Shown in pieces: positions 31,107 to 39,971 of a stretch of DNA of 64,000 bases. Made by a program: the position numbers and the translations under genes. Every line of letters starts with the position of its first letter. The first letter of the stretch is position 1. The notes beneath the pieces were generated by a model, which worked only from the letters and a program-made list of their open reading frames with translations, was not told the DNA's origin and made no database searches. The stretch comes from an uncultured Candidatus Micrarchaeota archaeon (GTDB lineage: Archaea > Micrarchaeota > Micrarchaeia > Micrarchaeales > Micrarchaeaceae). The stretch lies in the NCBI GenBank assembly GCA_963741095.1, contig CAVUGN010000011.1, positions 1 to 64,000 on the forward strand, in the 5' to 3' direction.

Positions 31107-31895
31107 TCACATGTATCCGAGAGCCCTCAATTTTTGCATCACGTACTCTTTTTCCTTGTCCTGCGACCTTCCCGATCTCTCGTCAGTCTCGGTGCCTTCG
31201 AGCTCCTTTATTATTTCGTCTATGTTCTTCGCCTCGGACTTGAGCGGCACGGTGCAGTGCGTGCATCCCAGGCTCCTGTACCTGTAGCCGTTCCTTGAGA
31301 AGTACAACGGCACCACCGGGACCTTCTCCTTCTTGACGTAGCTCCAAACATCAACTTCGTTCCAGTCCAGCATCGGGTGCACTCTTATGTGACCCTTTGT
31401 GTCCATCTTTGATGAATAGTCGTCCCAAAGCTCGGCAGGCTGGTTCTTGTAGTTCCACCTGAAGTTCTCGTTCCTGGGGCTGAAGTATCTCTCCTTCGCC
31501 CTTATCCAGTGCTCGTCCCGCCTTATGCCCATCATAAGCGCGTCGAAGCCGTACTCTTTCATGACCTCCTTAAGTGCGACTGTCTTTGGCTCTCCGCAGC
31601 AGGCCAATCCCCAATCTGCGGGGGTTATCTTCGTCTTCCCGACAATGAGGTCCAGGCCCCAGTCATCGGTGAGCTTCTTCCTGAATGCATAAGTTTCCGG
31701 GAAGTCGAGACCGTTGTCGATGTGTATCACCGGGAACGGTACCTTGCCAAGGAAGGCCTTCCTCGCTACCGCAAGCATGGCTGTGGAATCCTTGCCCATG
31801 CTCCACAGCGCGGCGATGTTCTTGAACTTCAGCTTCGCCTCGCGTATTATGAATATGCTCTTCTCCTCGAGTTTTCCGACGTCTTGTATTATCAT
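31107..31895 (-). CDS. cysD: Sulfate adenylyltransferase subunit 2
   Basis: WSMGKDS, RAKERYFS, YRSLGC, ERSGR. Confidence 0.9.
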   Translation of the reverse strand: MIIQDVGKLEEKSIFIIREAKLKFKNIAALWSMGKDSTAMLAVARKAFLGKVPFPVIHIDNGLDFPETYAFRKKLTDDWGLDLIVGKTKITPADWGLACCGEPKTVALKEVMKEYGFDALMMGIRRDEHWIRAKERYFSPRNENFRWNYKNQPAELWDDYSSKMDTKGHIRVHPMLDWNEVDVWSYVKKEKVPVVPLYFSRNGYRYRSLGCTHCTVPLKSEAKNIDEIIKELEGTETDERSGRSQDKEKEYVMQKLRALGYM

Positions 31896-31896
31896 A

Positions 31897-32199
31897 TCAA
31901 TCCACCTTGTTCGCGTTCAGGAGGCCCATCAGGTATATCATCGCGCCCTCTATGCTGTTCTTGGATGACTTCTTGTAGACCGGCACCTTCGTGACCACCT
32001 TGTACTTCCCGTCGTACAGCACCGCGTACGACTCCTTGAGGTCCTTCAGCCTCTTGATCTTGTCGTTCACGTAGAATGTCTTATAGTACCTTATCTTGCT
32101 CTCCTTCAGCGCCTTGGAAAAGGCCACCCAATTCTTCTCGCTGGGGTCCTTCCAGAGCTGTGAAACAGTGGCATCAAAGCCGTTTTTGCTAGTCGTCAT
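31897..32199 (-). CDS. Hypothetical protein
   Basis: 100-aa ORF with RBS, directly upstream of cysD. Confidence 0.55.
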   Translation of the reverse strand: MTTSKNGFDATVSQLWKDPSEKNWVAFSKALKESKIRYYKTFYVNDKIKRLKDLKESYAVLYDGKYKVVTKVPVYKKSSKNSIEGAMIYLMGLLNANKVD

Positions 32200-32293
32200 A
32201 ATATCACGTCAGGCTCTATTAATGTAGTAACATTATAATACATTAAAGATATAAAAAGCTTTTGGTAAGCCTTTTCGACGTGTTTCTGCAGGA

Positions 32294-33265
32294 TCAGGCC
32301 TTCTTCTTGATGAGTGCGAAGCCCGCCAGCATCGCCTCCAGCTGTATGCGCTCGTTCGCACCTTCTACTATCCTGAAATTGTATTCTCCCATGTCCTTTA
32401 TCGCGCTGAGCTTCGTCTCGTTGTCAACGTCCATGTTCTGTACCTCCCTGTAGCACTGAGTCAGTATGTCCTCTGCGCTCATTCCATGCTTGAACATAAG
32501 GTTGTCCAGCTCGGTCCTCGCGCTCAGGAAGTCGCCGGTGAGCGATGACCTGAGCATAGCCATGACCTCCTTCGGCCTTGCCCTTGCTGCGACGTCGTAT
32601 ATGCTAGCTTCGGTGATCTTCTTGTTCTGCATCGCCGCGCTCTGCAGCACGTTCGTCACCTTCCTCAGGTCGCCGTCTCCCACATAAACGAGCGCGCTTA
32701 TCACCTTCTCATCAAGCTCAAGGTTCTCGCCTTTTGCTATCCTGGTTATGTACTTCTCCATATCCTCCTCGCTCAGGGGCCTGAACCTGAAGACGACGCA
32801 CCTGCTCTGTATCGGCTCTATGATCTTGCTGGCGTAGTTCGCGCTGAGTATGAACCTTGTTTCCGATGCGAACATCTCCATGGTTCTCCTGAGCGCATGC
32901 TGCGCGTCGGCGGTCAGCGCGTCAGCCTCATCAAGGAATATTATTTTTATCGGCACCTTTGCAACCGATATGGTTTTTGCGAACTCCTTCACGGCCCCTC
33001 TTATCACGTCTATTCCGCGCTCGTCGCTTGCGTTCAGCTCCTTCATCGCGCTGCCCAGGTTGTCCCCATAGAGGTCCCTTGCCATGGCAACTGCGCATGT
33101 GGTTTTTCCTATGCCTGCCGGTCCCGCGAATATCATGCTTGGGAAGTTGCCCCTCTCGACAAACGATCTGAGGCGATCGACGATCAGCTTCTGGCCTATG
33201 ACCTCAGAAAGCCCTCTGGGTCTGTATTTTTCGGTCCAGGGGAGATCCAAAAGCATTAGCATCAC
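32294..33265 (-). CDS. rfcS: Replication factor C small subunit
   Basis: PWTEKYRP, GPAGIGKT, ELNASDERG, LDEAD, QSRC. Confidence 0.95.
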   Translation of the reverse strand: MMLMLLDLPWTEKYRPRGLSEVIGQKLIVDRLRSFVERGNFPSMIFAGPAGIGKTTCAVAMARDLYGDNLGSAMKELNASDERGIDVIRGAVKEFAKTISVAKVPIKIIFLDEADALTADAQHALRRTMEMFASETRFILSANYASKIIEPIQSRCVVFRFRPLSEEDMEKYITRIAKGENLELDEKVISALVYVGDGDLRKVTNVLQSAAMQNKKITEASIYDVAARARPKEVMAMLRSSLTGDFLSARTELDNLMFKHGMSAEDILTQCYREVQNMDVDNETKLSAIKDMGEYNFRIVEGANERIQLEAMLAGFALIKKKA

Positions 33266-33340
33266 TATCTGTATTACTACTTTGGTGGAAGGTATTTATT
33301 AGCTTTTCCGTGAATACTAATCCTGTAACGTCTTCTCAAG

Positions 33341-33416
33341 GGGGAGCTACGCTAACCTGGCAGACCATCAGCCTTGGGCGCTGACAATCGGAGTTCAAAT
33401 CTCCGGCTCCCCACCA
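33341..33416 (+). tRNA. tRNA-Pro (TGG), integration target of the island
   Basis: Acceptor ggggagc/gctcccc plus ACCA; anticodon arm tcagc-ctTGGgc-gctga; T-loop ttcaaat. Confidence 0.92.
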
Positions 33417-33475
33417 GGAAAATTATCGACGACAAAATTCGCCTTTTCGACGTATGTTGGAGATGTGGACTGTAT
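33403..33475 (+). repeat. attL-like site (tRNA 3' end plus right arm)
   Basis: ccggctccccaccaggaaaattatcgacgacaaaattcgccttttcgacg; no left arm. Confidence 0.85.
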
Positions 33476-33535
33476 TCAACAAAACTACATGTAAATCTGG
33501 TATAGTTCCAGGTATAGTCTTGAGTATAGCTTATA

Positions 33536-33796
33536 TTATTTCCTATACTCATAATGGCTCACGGCCTTGCCGTACCTGCTACTTATGTTCTTTGAGATGT
33601 AATCAGCGACATCTAACGGCTCCTTGCCGTCCGTGAACCTGGCCTTGACCACGAATCCGCAGTCGCCTTCGGTCAGTAGGACCTCCTTGACGGACTCGAA
33701 CATCATCAGCTTCTCTGCGATCCCGCCGGCGTCTGCGTTCTCTTTTGGCCTTACGAAATAGAGCCCGTACATCGCGCCTATTCTCTTTTTACCCAT
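33536..33796 (-). CDS. Stand-alone Lrp/AsnC ligand-binding (RAM)-like domain, module 1
   Basis: VKEVLLTEGDCGFVVKA resembles RAM motif; identical protein at 38745. Confidence 0.6.
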   Translation of the reverse strand: MGKKRIGAMYGLYFVRPKENADAGGIAEKLMMFESVKEVLLTEGDCGFVVKARFTDGKEPLDVADYISKNISSRYGKAVSHYEYRK

Positions 33797-33811
33797 GTCA
33801 ATCCACCATAA

Positions 33812-33952
33812 TCATAATCGGTCTATATCAAGCAACTTGACGAACACGCTGTGGCATCTGTCGCATTCCTCGATCACGAACCTGCCGTTCACCACCCGCT
33901 TGCACACCAGCCTTCCTGTTCTGCACCTGCTGCATGCAACGCCGCCGTTCAT
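33812..33952 (-). CDS. 46-aa zinc-ribbon protein (not in ORF track), module 1
   Basis: MNGGVACSRC...EECDRCH; overlaps upstream stop (ATGA); conserved at 39021. Confidence 0.75.
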   Translation of the reverse strand: MNGGVACSRCRTGRLVCKRVVNGRFVIEECDRCHSVFVKLLDIDRL

Positions 33953-34218
33953 CCCTCGATCACCTTACCGTATTCACCGTCCAGTCCTTTCGATATGTAC
34001 GCGGCAGCGTCCTTGGGTTCAGCACCGACGAAAAACTTCACCTTCGCCAGGAACACGCCCTTGTTTTCCATCAAGTTGACTGCCTTCACGCGCTTTAGGG
34101 CAAGGAGCCTTTCCGCAAGACGTTCGCTGACACCGCTCTTCGAATTCCCGAAGTAGAGACGGTGCCAAACCGCATGGCTCGCGCTAACCCTTGTTATTTT
34201 TCCACCCGTATTACACAC
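33949..34218 (-). CDS. Small RAM-like protein, module 1
   Basis: LAERLL..VKAVNLMENKG; conserved copy at 39161. Confidence 0.6.
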   Translation of the reverse strand: MCNTGGKITRVSASHAVWHRLYFGNSKSGVSERLAERLLALKRVKAVNLMENKGVFLAKVKFFVGAEPKDAAAYISKGLDGEYGKVIEG

Positions 34219-34264
34219 CCACTTATTTGCTTACTTTTACATCATCCTGACAAACATGAAAATA

Positions 34265-34465
34265 TCATCTGGACGCTAAAACAGCCCGCGCGGATCCGGA
34301 TCCGTCAAGCAGCATAACCGACCTTCCGGTCCTTTCCAGCTCGCACGCGTTAATGTGCCAAAGATATGCGACTGGATTCTCATGCTCCATACCGCACATC
34401 CAGCACTGGTATGCATTATCGTGCCCTCCCAAAAAGATATCTTTTATTCTTGTTCCCATGCCCAT
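34265..34465 (-). CDS. C2HC zinc-finger small protein, module 1
   Basis: CWMC-x12-H-x3-C; four copies in island. Confidence 0.75.
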   Translation of the reverse strand: MGMGTRIKDIFLGGHDNAYQCWMCGMEHENPVAYLWHINACELERTGRSVMLLDGSGSARAVLASR

Positions 34466-34477
34466 TCTACCACCCCA

Positions 34478-34579
34478 TCAATCATGAGGGTAGGGGGTTG
34501 CACCGCGGAAGCATGGTGATAATGTGGAGGACGAGCTTGCGCTGATCCGTAGAAAATTCTTACTTCCACCCCTGTACAA
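34478..34579 (-). CDS. 33-aa leader ORF MYRGGSKNFLRISASSSSTLSPCFRGATPYPHD (TTG start), module 1
   Basis: First ORF after TATA-like site, GGGTG RBS; homologs have ATG at the same position. Confidence 0.5.
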   Translation of the reverse strand: MYRGGSKNFLRISASSSSTLSPCFRGATPYPHD

Positions 34580-34770
34580 CCTACACACCCATATGATATT
34601 ATGAACTTTGTTGTATATATAAGCAGCCTCGGTTTTTAAGCTGAAGAAACTATAAAAATTGCTATTTTTGTTTAATATTTTTCCAGTTATTCAAATATCA
34701 TATACTGTATAATTAGGAATATAGAGGAGATTAGTAAAGTATAAATATCTGGCTCTATACAATATTATAT

Positions 34771-36192
34771 ATGAAAGAGATACCTTTTGAGGCAAACAAG
34801 GAGCTCGAGCGCCTCAAGAAAGAGTACAAAGCGTACCTTTACGTCAGGATCATAGACGGAAAGTTCTATGTCTACAAAGGGAGCTCAATTTGGGATAAAG
34901 AAACTAAGAAGGTGAGGGGGCTTACCGAGTATCTAGGACGGATAGATGAAAACGGGAAGTTCATAAAGAAGATTTCTAACAAAAAAAAGATCCCGATACA
35001 GACGCTCGTTCAAGGAACTGCTCCGCAAGCCATCCAAACGCTGGTCGACCAGTCTGAGATAAAATTATTGAGAATCCTGAGCATGAATGCAAAGGCAGAT
35101 TTGTCTTTTCTCGGAAAGAAGTTTCTAGGGATCAACTCTTCCGCAACATTCTACAAAGTAAGGCAGCTGAAGGAGAGATATGGCATAAAGGGTATTGCTG
35201 AAATAGATGTTACGAAGCTTGGCTACACTGACTATATAGCTTTTGTGAAATTCGAGGGCGACAAGCCAAGCGCGGATAACATAAGGAAGGCCACTTTGGA
35301 CGAAAGCCAGGTGCAACTAGTGCTTGCTACCAACGGCGAATATGACTTAATAATATACTTCTTAGCCAAGGATAATTTCGATGCATCGGAATTCATATTC
35401 AATTTGAGGTACAAGGAGCATCTGAAGACATGTATATCACAATGGTATTTCTCTCCCATTGACATATGTTATAACTTTATTCCATTAAGAGACCAGTTTT
35501 TCGAGCTGATGAAAGAAAAAGTATGGGTAAAGAGCAGGGAAAGTCAACGCAGATTGGAGGGGCAGCTCACCATCAAGGAGTACAATATACTAAGGGAATT
35601 GAACAGAAATGGTGTCGCAAAGTTCTCAGAAATGGACAAGAAACACGGGCTGGGCGGGGAAGAAACCGCATACATCTACGAAAAGCTTATTGAGAGAGGT
35701 ATACTCAAGAGGATGACAGTAAGTCTTCAGAAAATACCTTTGCAATATAACGCAGTAATCATAATGGGTGTGGTTGACAACAATGGCTTCAGGCGGACTA
35801 GAGACAGGCTGCTGATGGATGTAATAGAGGAGAACGGTACGCCTATCAACAAGTATTCTGTAATGGGAAACATAGGAAACCCTGATGGCGTCATGTTTAT
35901 AATGCCGATAACTCCGAACAACAGGCTCGATGTATTCGAAAGTGAGTTCAAGGAGAGGATAAAAGGTGTGGCACTTAGAACTCTCATAGTCACTGACGTG
36001 CTCGTTGGTTCATTATGTTACAGGAAGTTTGACAACGCAAAGTCTAGGCAATACCGGGCACTGCGGATGGAGGGCAATACAGAGCTATCATTAGCCGATG
36101 TAGACTACGATGAAACAGTTAGAAGGAAGCAAGTTATCAAGAAAGGTGAGGATACAATAGAAGAACTACTCGCCAATAATGAAAATATATAA
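34771..36192 (+). CDS. Tandem Lrp/AsnC-type regulator with N-terminal beta-sheet domain, module 1
   Basis: GKFYVYK..WDK..YLGRI N-domain; two wHTH+RAM units. Confidence 0.8.
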   Translation: MKEIPFEANKELERLKKEYKAYLYVRIIDGKFYVYKGSSIWDKETKKVRGLTEYLGRIDENGKFIKKISNKKKIPIQTLVQGTAPQAIQTLVDQSEIKLLRILSMNAKADLSFLGKKFLGINSSATFYKVRQLKERYGIKGIAEIDVTKLGYTDYIAFVKFEGDKPSADNIRKATLDESQVQLVLATNGEYDLIIYFLAKDNFDASEFIFNLRYKEHLKTCISQWYFSPIDICYNFIPLRDQFFELMKEKVWVKSRESQRRLEGQLTIKEYNILRELNRNGVAKFSEMDKKHGLGGEETAYIYEKLIERGILKRMTVSLQKIPLQYNAVIIMGVVDNNGFRRTRDRLLMDVIEENGTPINKYSVMGNIGNPDGVMFIMPITPNNRLDVFESEFKERIKGVALRTLIVTDVLVGSLCYRKFDNAKSRQYRALRMEGNTELSLADVDYDETVRRKQVIKKGEDTIEELLANNENI

Positions 36193-36248
36193 TGCAGGAA
36201 TAGAATGCAATAACTACTGATGTATCTTACAGAAATTAGCTAATTAAA

Positions 36249-36269
36249 CTACCCTCCTGGTCCTTCCAT
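36249..36269 (-). CDS. Micropeptide MEGPGG
   Basis: TATTTAAG TATA, GGTGA RBS, ATG, stop TAG; one per module. Confidence 0.72.
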   Translation of the reverse strand: MEGPGG

Positions 36270-36318
36270 ATCTTCACCTGTCCAAACATCTCTGAAAAGG
36301 CTTAAATAGCTTGTGTCC
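36270..36318 (-). promoter_or_regulatory. Conserved micropeptide promoter and RBS
   Basis: ACACAAGCTATTTAAGCCTTTTCAGAGATGTTTGGACAGGTGA; also near 41522, 43663, 46675, 52308, 58129. Confidence 0.75.
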
Positions 36319-36444
36319 GTTTGAAATGGGCCAGCGCGAATGCTCGTATAAACAACATCGAACCACGTCGGGCGATGTTGTATAATTGTCTTCATCACGG
36401 TGCATAGATAAGTATTTATACTTATTCTACATAATATACTTAAT

Positions 36445-36675
36445 GTGATGAAGATGACAAACATGACACTGGCCCTGCCGGAAGCGCTCACTGAGATAAT
36501 GAAACGGCACAAGGACATAAAATGGAGCGAGGTGGCCCGCGAGGCCATCTGGGACAAGGCGAGGAAGCTGGAGCTCATGGACAAGATCCTCTCCAAGAGC
36601 GAATTGACCGAAAAGGACGCGTTGGCGATAGGCGCGAAGATAAACGAAGCCGTAGCTAAGAGGCATGGGTTATAA
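36445..36675 (+). CDS. RHH-like antitoxin (VapB-type)
   Basis: MTLALPE..IKWSEVAREAI; upstream of PIN toxin. Confidence 0.75.
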   Translation: MMKMTNMTLALPEALTEIMKRHKDIKWSEVAREAIWDKARKLELMDKILSKSELTEKDALAIGAKINEAVAKRHGL

Positions 36676-37084
36676 CGTGATCCTGGTCGTGGACGCCAAT
36701 GTGGTGATTGCCGCATTGGTAAAGAATGGCAAAGTGCGTGAGATCCTGCTTAGCGACAAGTTCAAGTTCGTCGCACCTGATTTCGTGAAAGAGGAGACTC
36801 TGAAATACCTCGATCTAATAAAACAAAAGTCGGGACTTGCGAAAGACGACCTGGACCTGCTCATAACCCTACTGTTCCAAGAGATAGAAACCATACCCAG
36901 AAGCGAGTATCAATCGCAACTTCCCAAAGCCGAAAGGATGATAAAAAATGATGTAAAGGATGCACCATACGTTGCATGCTACCTGGCGCTGAAATGCGAC
37001 GGGATCTGGACGAACGACTCGGACTATGATGGAAAACCAGAACTGAAAGTGTTCAAAACAGAATACCTTCTGAAATTATTGTAA
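36665..37084 (+). CDS. PIN-domain toxin (VapC-type)
   Basis: VVDANVVIAAL, KDAPYVA, IWTND. Confidence 0.85.
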   Translation: MGYNVILVVDANVVIAALVKNGKVREILLSDKFKFVAPDFVKEETLKYLDLIKQKSGLAKDDLDLLITLLFQEIETIPRSEYQSQLPKAERMIKNDVKDAPYVACYLALKCDGIWTNDSDYDGKPELKVFKTEYLLKLL

Positions 37085-37104
37085 TCCACAACCTTTAGAC
37101 TTGG

Positions 37105-37179
37105 GCATCGTCGAACCATGTTGAACCACGTCGAACGACGTCGTTTCCCAATTGCACTTTTACGACGAAGAACCGGCTC
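37105..37179 (+). repeat. Left att arm with truncated core (ccggctc)
   Basis: catcgtcgaacca...cgtttcccaattgcacttttacgacgaagaaccggctc. Confidence 0.8.
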
Positions 37180-37190
37180 GCGTCGTGCTA

Positions 37191-37511
37191 CTAGATCTCC
37201 AAACCCTCTTTGAGAGCGGCACTGACCAAAGTGATACCTTTTGCCTCCCTCTCGAACTCATTTTTGGTGTAGCTTAAGAAATCCACGGGATAGTCTATCC
37301 CCTGCGATACGTGCCATTCCAAAAGGAGCTTGCTGATCAGCTTCTTTACGGGTTTCCTGATCACAACCAGAAGGTCCACATCGCTGTCCTTCTTTGCCTC
37401 GCCTCTTGCCGAAGAACCGAAGAGTATGATCCGCTCTATTCCGTACGGCTTGGCGACGCTCTCCTTGAAGCCTTTTATCGTTTTTATCAATTGAGGATTG
37501 ACCTTACCCAT
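37191..37511 (-). CDS. Minimal nucleotidyltransferase (MNT)
   Basis: LFGSSARG..DSDVDLLV. Confidence 0.88.
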   Translation of the reverse strand: MGKVNPQLIKTIKGFKESVAKPYGIERIILFGSSARGEAKKDSDVDLLVVIRKPVKKLISKLLLEWHVSQGIDYPVDFLSYTKNEFEREAKGITLVSAALKEGLEI

Positions 37512-37846
37512 TCCAAAACACCTTCACACTTTTCAATCACGTCCTTTGCTTCATCTTCCGAAACGGACCTTGTTACTGGATAGCGCGTATCCACGTAATA
37601 CTCGGTAAGATCGGCACAATAATTAACTATCTCTGCAGTTGCCTTAATGCTTTGGGCGAGCTTCACGAGGTCATGCGTCCTGTCAAATCGGCTCAACTTC
37701 TCTATCTGTGCAGCTTTCAACGCCTTCTCCGCTACCTGCTGGGCATAAAAGGATGCGTCCTTGAGCCTCTCGCTTTCATAGAGAAGCTTTGCAGTCACGA
37801 GATTGTCCTCGGCTTCTTTTATCCACACTCGTGCATCATCTTTCAT
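37487..37846 (-). CDS. HEPN-domain protein
   Basis: QQVAEKALKA, THDL, TRYP; paired with MNT. Confidence 0.85.
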   Translation of the reverse strand: MKDDARVWIKEAEDNLVTAKLLYESERLKDASFYAQQVAEKALKAAQIEKLSRFDRTHDLVKLAQSIKATAEIVNYCADLTEYYVDTRYPVTRSVSEDEAKDVIEKCEGVLEWVRSILN

Positions 37847-37977
37847 GTCCTCATAAGAATTTGCCTTAAAAACCTTAATAATGTTTGCAGTTGGGCCACA
37901 TTCATCCAAAATATTTGAATATGTGTTTTTTTTAAGTGAGTCTTATTCCTTCGTAATGACTCCTAACTCGAAACACA

Positions 37978-38021
37978 AACATCGTCGAACCACTTCGAAC
38001 ACCGTCGTTTCCCAATTGCAC
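37978..38021 (+). repeat. Partial left att arm
   Basis: aacatcgtcgaaccacttcgaacaccgtcgtttcccaattgcac. Confidence 0.75.
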
Positions 38022-38071
38022 CGCCAAAGTACCACACCATAAGAAATATAAAGCAGAAATGCACAATATTA

Positions 38072-38320
38072 GTGATAAAGATGGAAATGGAAGTGTACGG
38101 ATTCAAAGCCAAGATAACCAAGGAAGGTAAGTATCTCATAGGCGAGATACCGGAGCTGCATGTAGCTGATCAGGCCAAGACCCTGAAGGAACTCGAGAGC
38201 GAACTCAAGGATGCGGTAAGCCTAGTTGTAAATCTTATCCTGGACAATCCAAAAGATGCAGCCAAGAACTTCGGTAACGGTGTCATAAGAAAGCTGAGCG
38301 TTCAGGTAATCCGCGCATAG
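38072..38320 (+). CDS. HicB-like antitoxin
   Basis: KEGKYLIGEIPEL..QAKTLKE pattern. Confidence 0.75.
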   Translation: MIKMEMEVYGFKAKITKEGKYLIGEIPELHVADQAKTLKELESELKDAVSLVVNLILDNPKDAAKNFGNGVIRKLSVQVIRA

Positions 38321-38328
38321 GTGTATCC

Positions 38329-38550
38329 ATGTCGCGGTTACGCCCGCTGAAAAGTCCTCTCCTCATAAAGGTGCTGCAGAAATACTACGGCTACAACGCA
38401 CGCTCTGGAAGCGGCAGGCATATAGTTTTGCAGGACTCGGATGGTCATACGACTGTGATCCAGCTTAACATGGAACTCGGCAAAGGCATCCTGAAGAAGA
38501 TACTAAATCAAACTGATTTGAAGTGGAAAGAAATAGAGAAGTACCTCTAA
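38329..38550 (+). CDS. HicA-like toxin
   Basis: GSGRHIVL..TTVI..LGKGILKKIL. Confidence 0.78.
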   Translation: MSRLRPLKSPLLIKVLQKYYGYNARSGSGRHIVLQDSDGHTTVIQLNMELGKGILKKILNQTDLKWKEIEKYL

Positions 38551-38553
38551 ATG

Positions 38554-38684
38554 ACATCGTCGAACCACGTCGACCAACGATGTTTCTCAATCACACTTTT
38601 ACGTCGAAGGACCGGCTCCCCACCAGGAAAATTATCGACGACAAAATTCGTCTTTTCGATGGATGTTGGAGATGTGGACTGTAT
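38554..38684 (+). repeat. attP-like junction (left arm, core 38612-38622, right arm)
   Basis: cacttttacgtcgaaggaCCGGCTCCCCAccaggaaaattatcgacgacaaaa. Confidence 0.85.
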
Positions 38685-38744
38685 TCAACAAAACTACATG
38701 TAAATCTGGTATAGTTCCAGGTATAGTCTTGAGTATAGCCTATA

Positions 38745-39005
38745 TTATTTCCTATACTCATAATGGCTCACGGCCTTGCCGTACCTGCTACTTATGTTCT
38801 TTGAGATGTAATCAGCGACATCTAACGGCTCCTTGCCGTCCGTGAACCTGGCCTTGACCACGAATCCGCAGTCGCCTTCGGTCAGTAGGACCTCCTTGAC
38901 GGACTCGAACATCATCAGCTTCTCTGCGATCCCGCCGGCGTCTGCGTTCTCTTTTGGCCTTACGAAATAGAGCCCGTACATCGCGCCTATTCTCTTTTTA
39001 CCCAT
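38745..39005 (-). CDS. Stand-alone RAM-like domain, module 2
   Basis: Identical to 33536-33796 protein. Confidence 0.6.
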   Translation of the reverse strand: MGKKRIGAMYGLYFVRPKENADAGGIAEKLMMFESVKEVLLTEGDCGFVVKARFTDGKEPLDVADYISKNISSRYGKAVSHYEYRK

Positions 39006-39020
39006 GTCAATCCACCATAA

Positions 39021-39164
39021 TCATAATCGGTCTATATCAAGCAACTTGACGAACACGCTGTGGCATCTGTCACACTCCTCGATCACGAACCTGCCGTTCA
39101 CCACACGCTTGCATACCAGCCTTCCTGTTCTGCACCTACTGCATGCAACTCCCTCGCTGTTCAT
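39021..39164 (-). CDS. 47-aa zinc-ribbon protein, module 2
   Basis: MNSEGVACSRC...CDRC; frame-preserving 3-nt indel versus copy 1. Confidence 0.75.
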   Translation of the reverse strand: MNSEGVACSRCRTGRLVCKRVVNGRFVIEECDRCHSVFVKLLDIDRL

Positions 39165-39430
39165 CCCTCGATCACCGTTCCGTAGTCGCCGTCCAGTCCT
39201 TTCGATATGTACGCGGTAGCGTCCTTGGGTTCAGCACCGACGAAAAACTTCACCTTCGCCAGGAACACGCCCTTGTTTTCCATCAGGTTGACTGCCTTCA
39301 CGCGCTTCAGTGCAAGCAGCCTGTCTGCAAGGCGCTCGCTGACACGGCTCTTTGGATTCCCGAAGTAGAACCGGTGCCAAACAGCATGGCTCGCGCTGAC
39401 ACTTGTTACTTTTCCACCCGTATTACACAC
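39161..39430 (-). CDS. Small RAM-like protein, module 2
   Basis: Paralog of 33949-34218. Confidence 0.6.
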   Translation of the reverse strand: MCNTGGKVTSVSASHAVWHRFYFGNPKSRVSERLADRLLALKRVKAVNLMENKGVFLAKVKFFVGAEPKDATAYISKGLDGDYGTVIEG

Positions 39431-39476
39431 CCACTTCTCTTGCTTTCTTTACCTCATTCTGACAAACATGAAGACA

Positions 39477-39674
39477 TCATCTGGATGCGGAAACAGCCCG
39501 CATTCCTAACTCGCCAAGCAGCATCACCGGCCTGCCGGTCCTTTCCAACTCGCAGGCGTTTATGTGCCACAGATATGCAACTGGATTCTCATGCTCCATT
39601 CCGCACATCCAGCACTGGTACATATTATCGTGCCCTCCAAAGAAGATATCCTTTATCCTTGTTCCCATGCCCAT
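39477..39674 (-). CDS. C2HC zinc-finger small protein, module 2
   Basis: CWMC..H...C. Confidence 0.75.
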   Translation of the reverse strand: MGMGTRIKDIFFGGHDNMYQCWMCGMEHENPVAYLWHINACELERTGRPVMLLGELGMRAVSASR

Positions 39675-39686
39675 TCTACCATCCTA

Positions 39687-39788
39687 TCAATCATAAGGGT
39701 AGGGGGTTGCACCGCGGAAGCATGGTGATAATGTGGAGGACGAGCTTGCGCTAATCCATAGAAAATTCTTACTTCCACCCCTGTACAA
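39687..39788 (-). CDS. 33-aa leader ORF, module 2
   Basis: MYRGGSKNFLWISASSSSTLSPCFRGATPYPYD. Confidence 0.5.
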   Translation of the reverse strand: MYRGGSKNFLWISASSSSTLSPCFRGATPYPYD

Positions 39789-39971
39789 CCTACACACCCG
39801 TATAGTATCGCGTCATATCCGGTATTTATTAGATACAGAAGACAGGGCGGTAGTATTGATAAAGCGAAAACATTAAAACATATAAATTTATCATTAAGCG
39901 CTCAATCTTCAATTGTTATACATTAAGGATTTAACAAAAGGAATAAATATCCTCTTATTTGATATAACTAC

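Larger units (their letters stand above)
38612..39800 (+). repeat. Near-identical duplicate of 33403-34590
   Basis: Same arm and small-ORF operon with scattered substitutions. Confidence 0.9.

Noticed and set aside
36249-36716. Longer ORF-track versions of the peptide genes (155 aa here; 75 aa at 41489-41716)
   Set aside because: The shared SYLSLFRD stretch is just the translated promoter; further upstream sequence is not conserved across modules, while an RBS precedes the short ATG
38612-38625. Extra tRNA genes at repeated CCGGCTCCCCA sites
   Set aside because: Only the last 11-14 nt of tRNA-Pro are present
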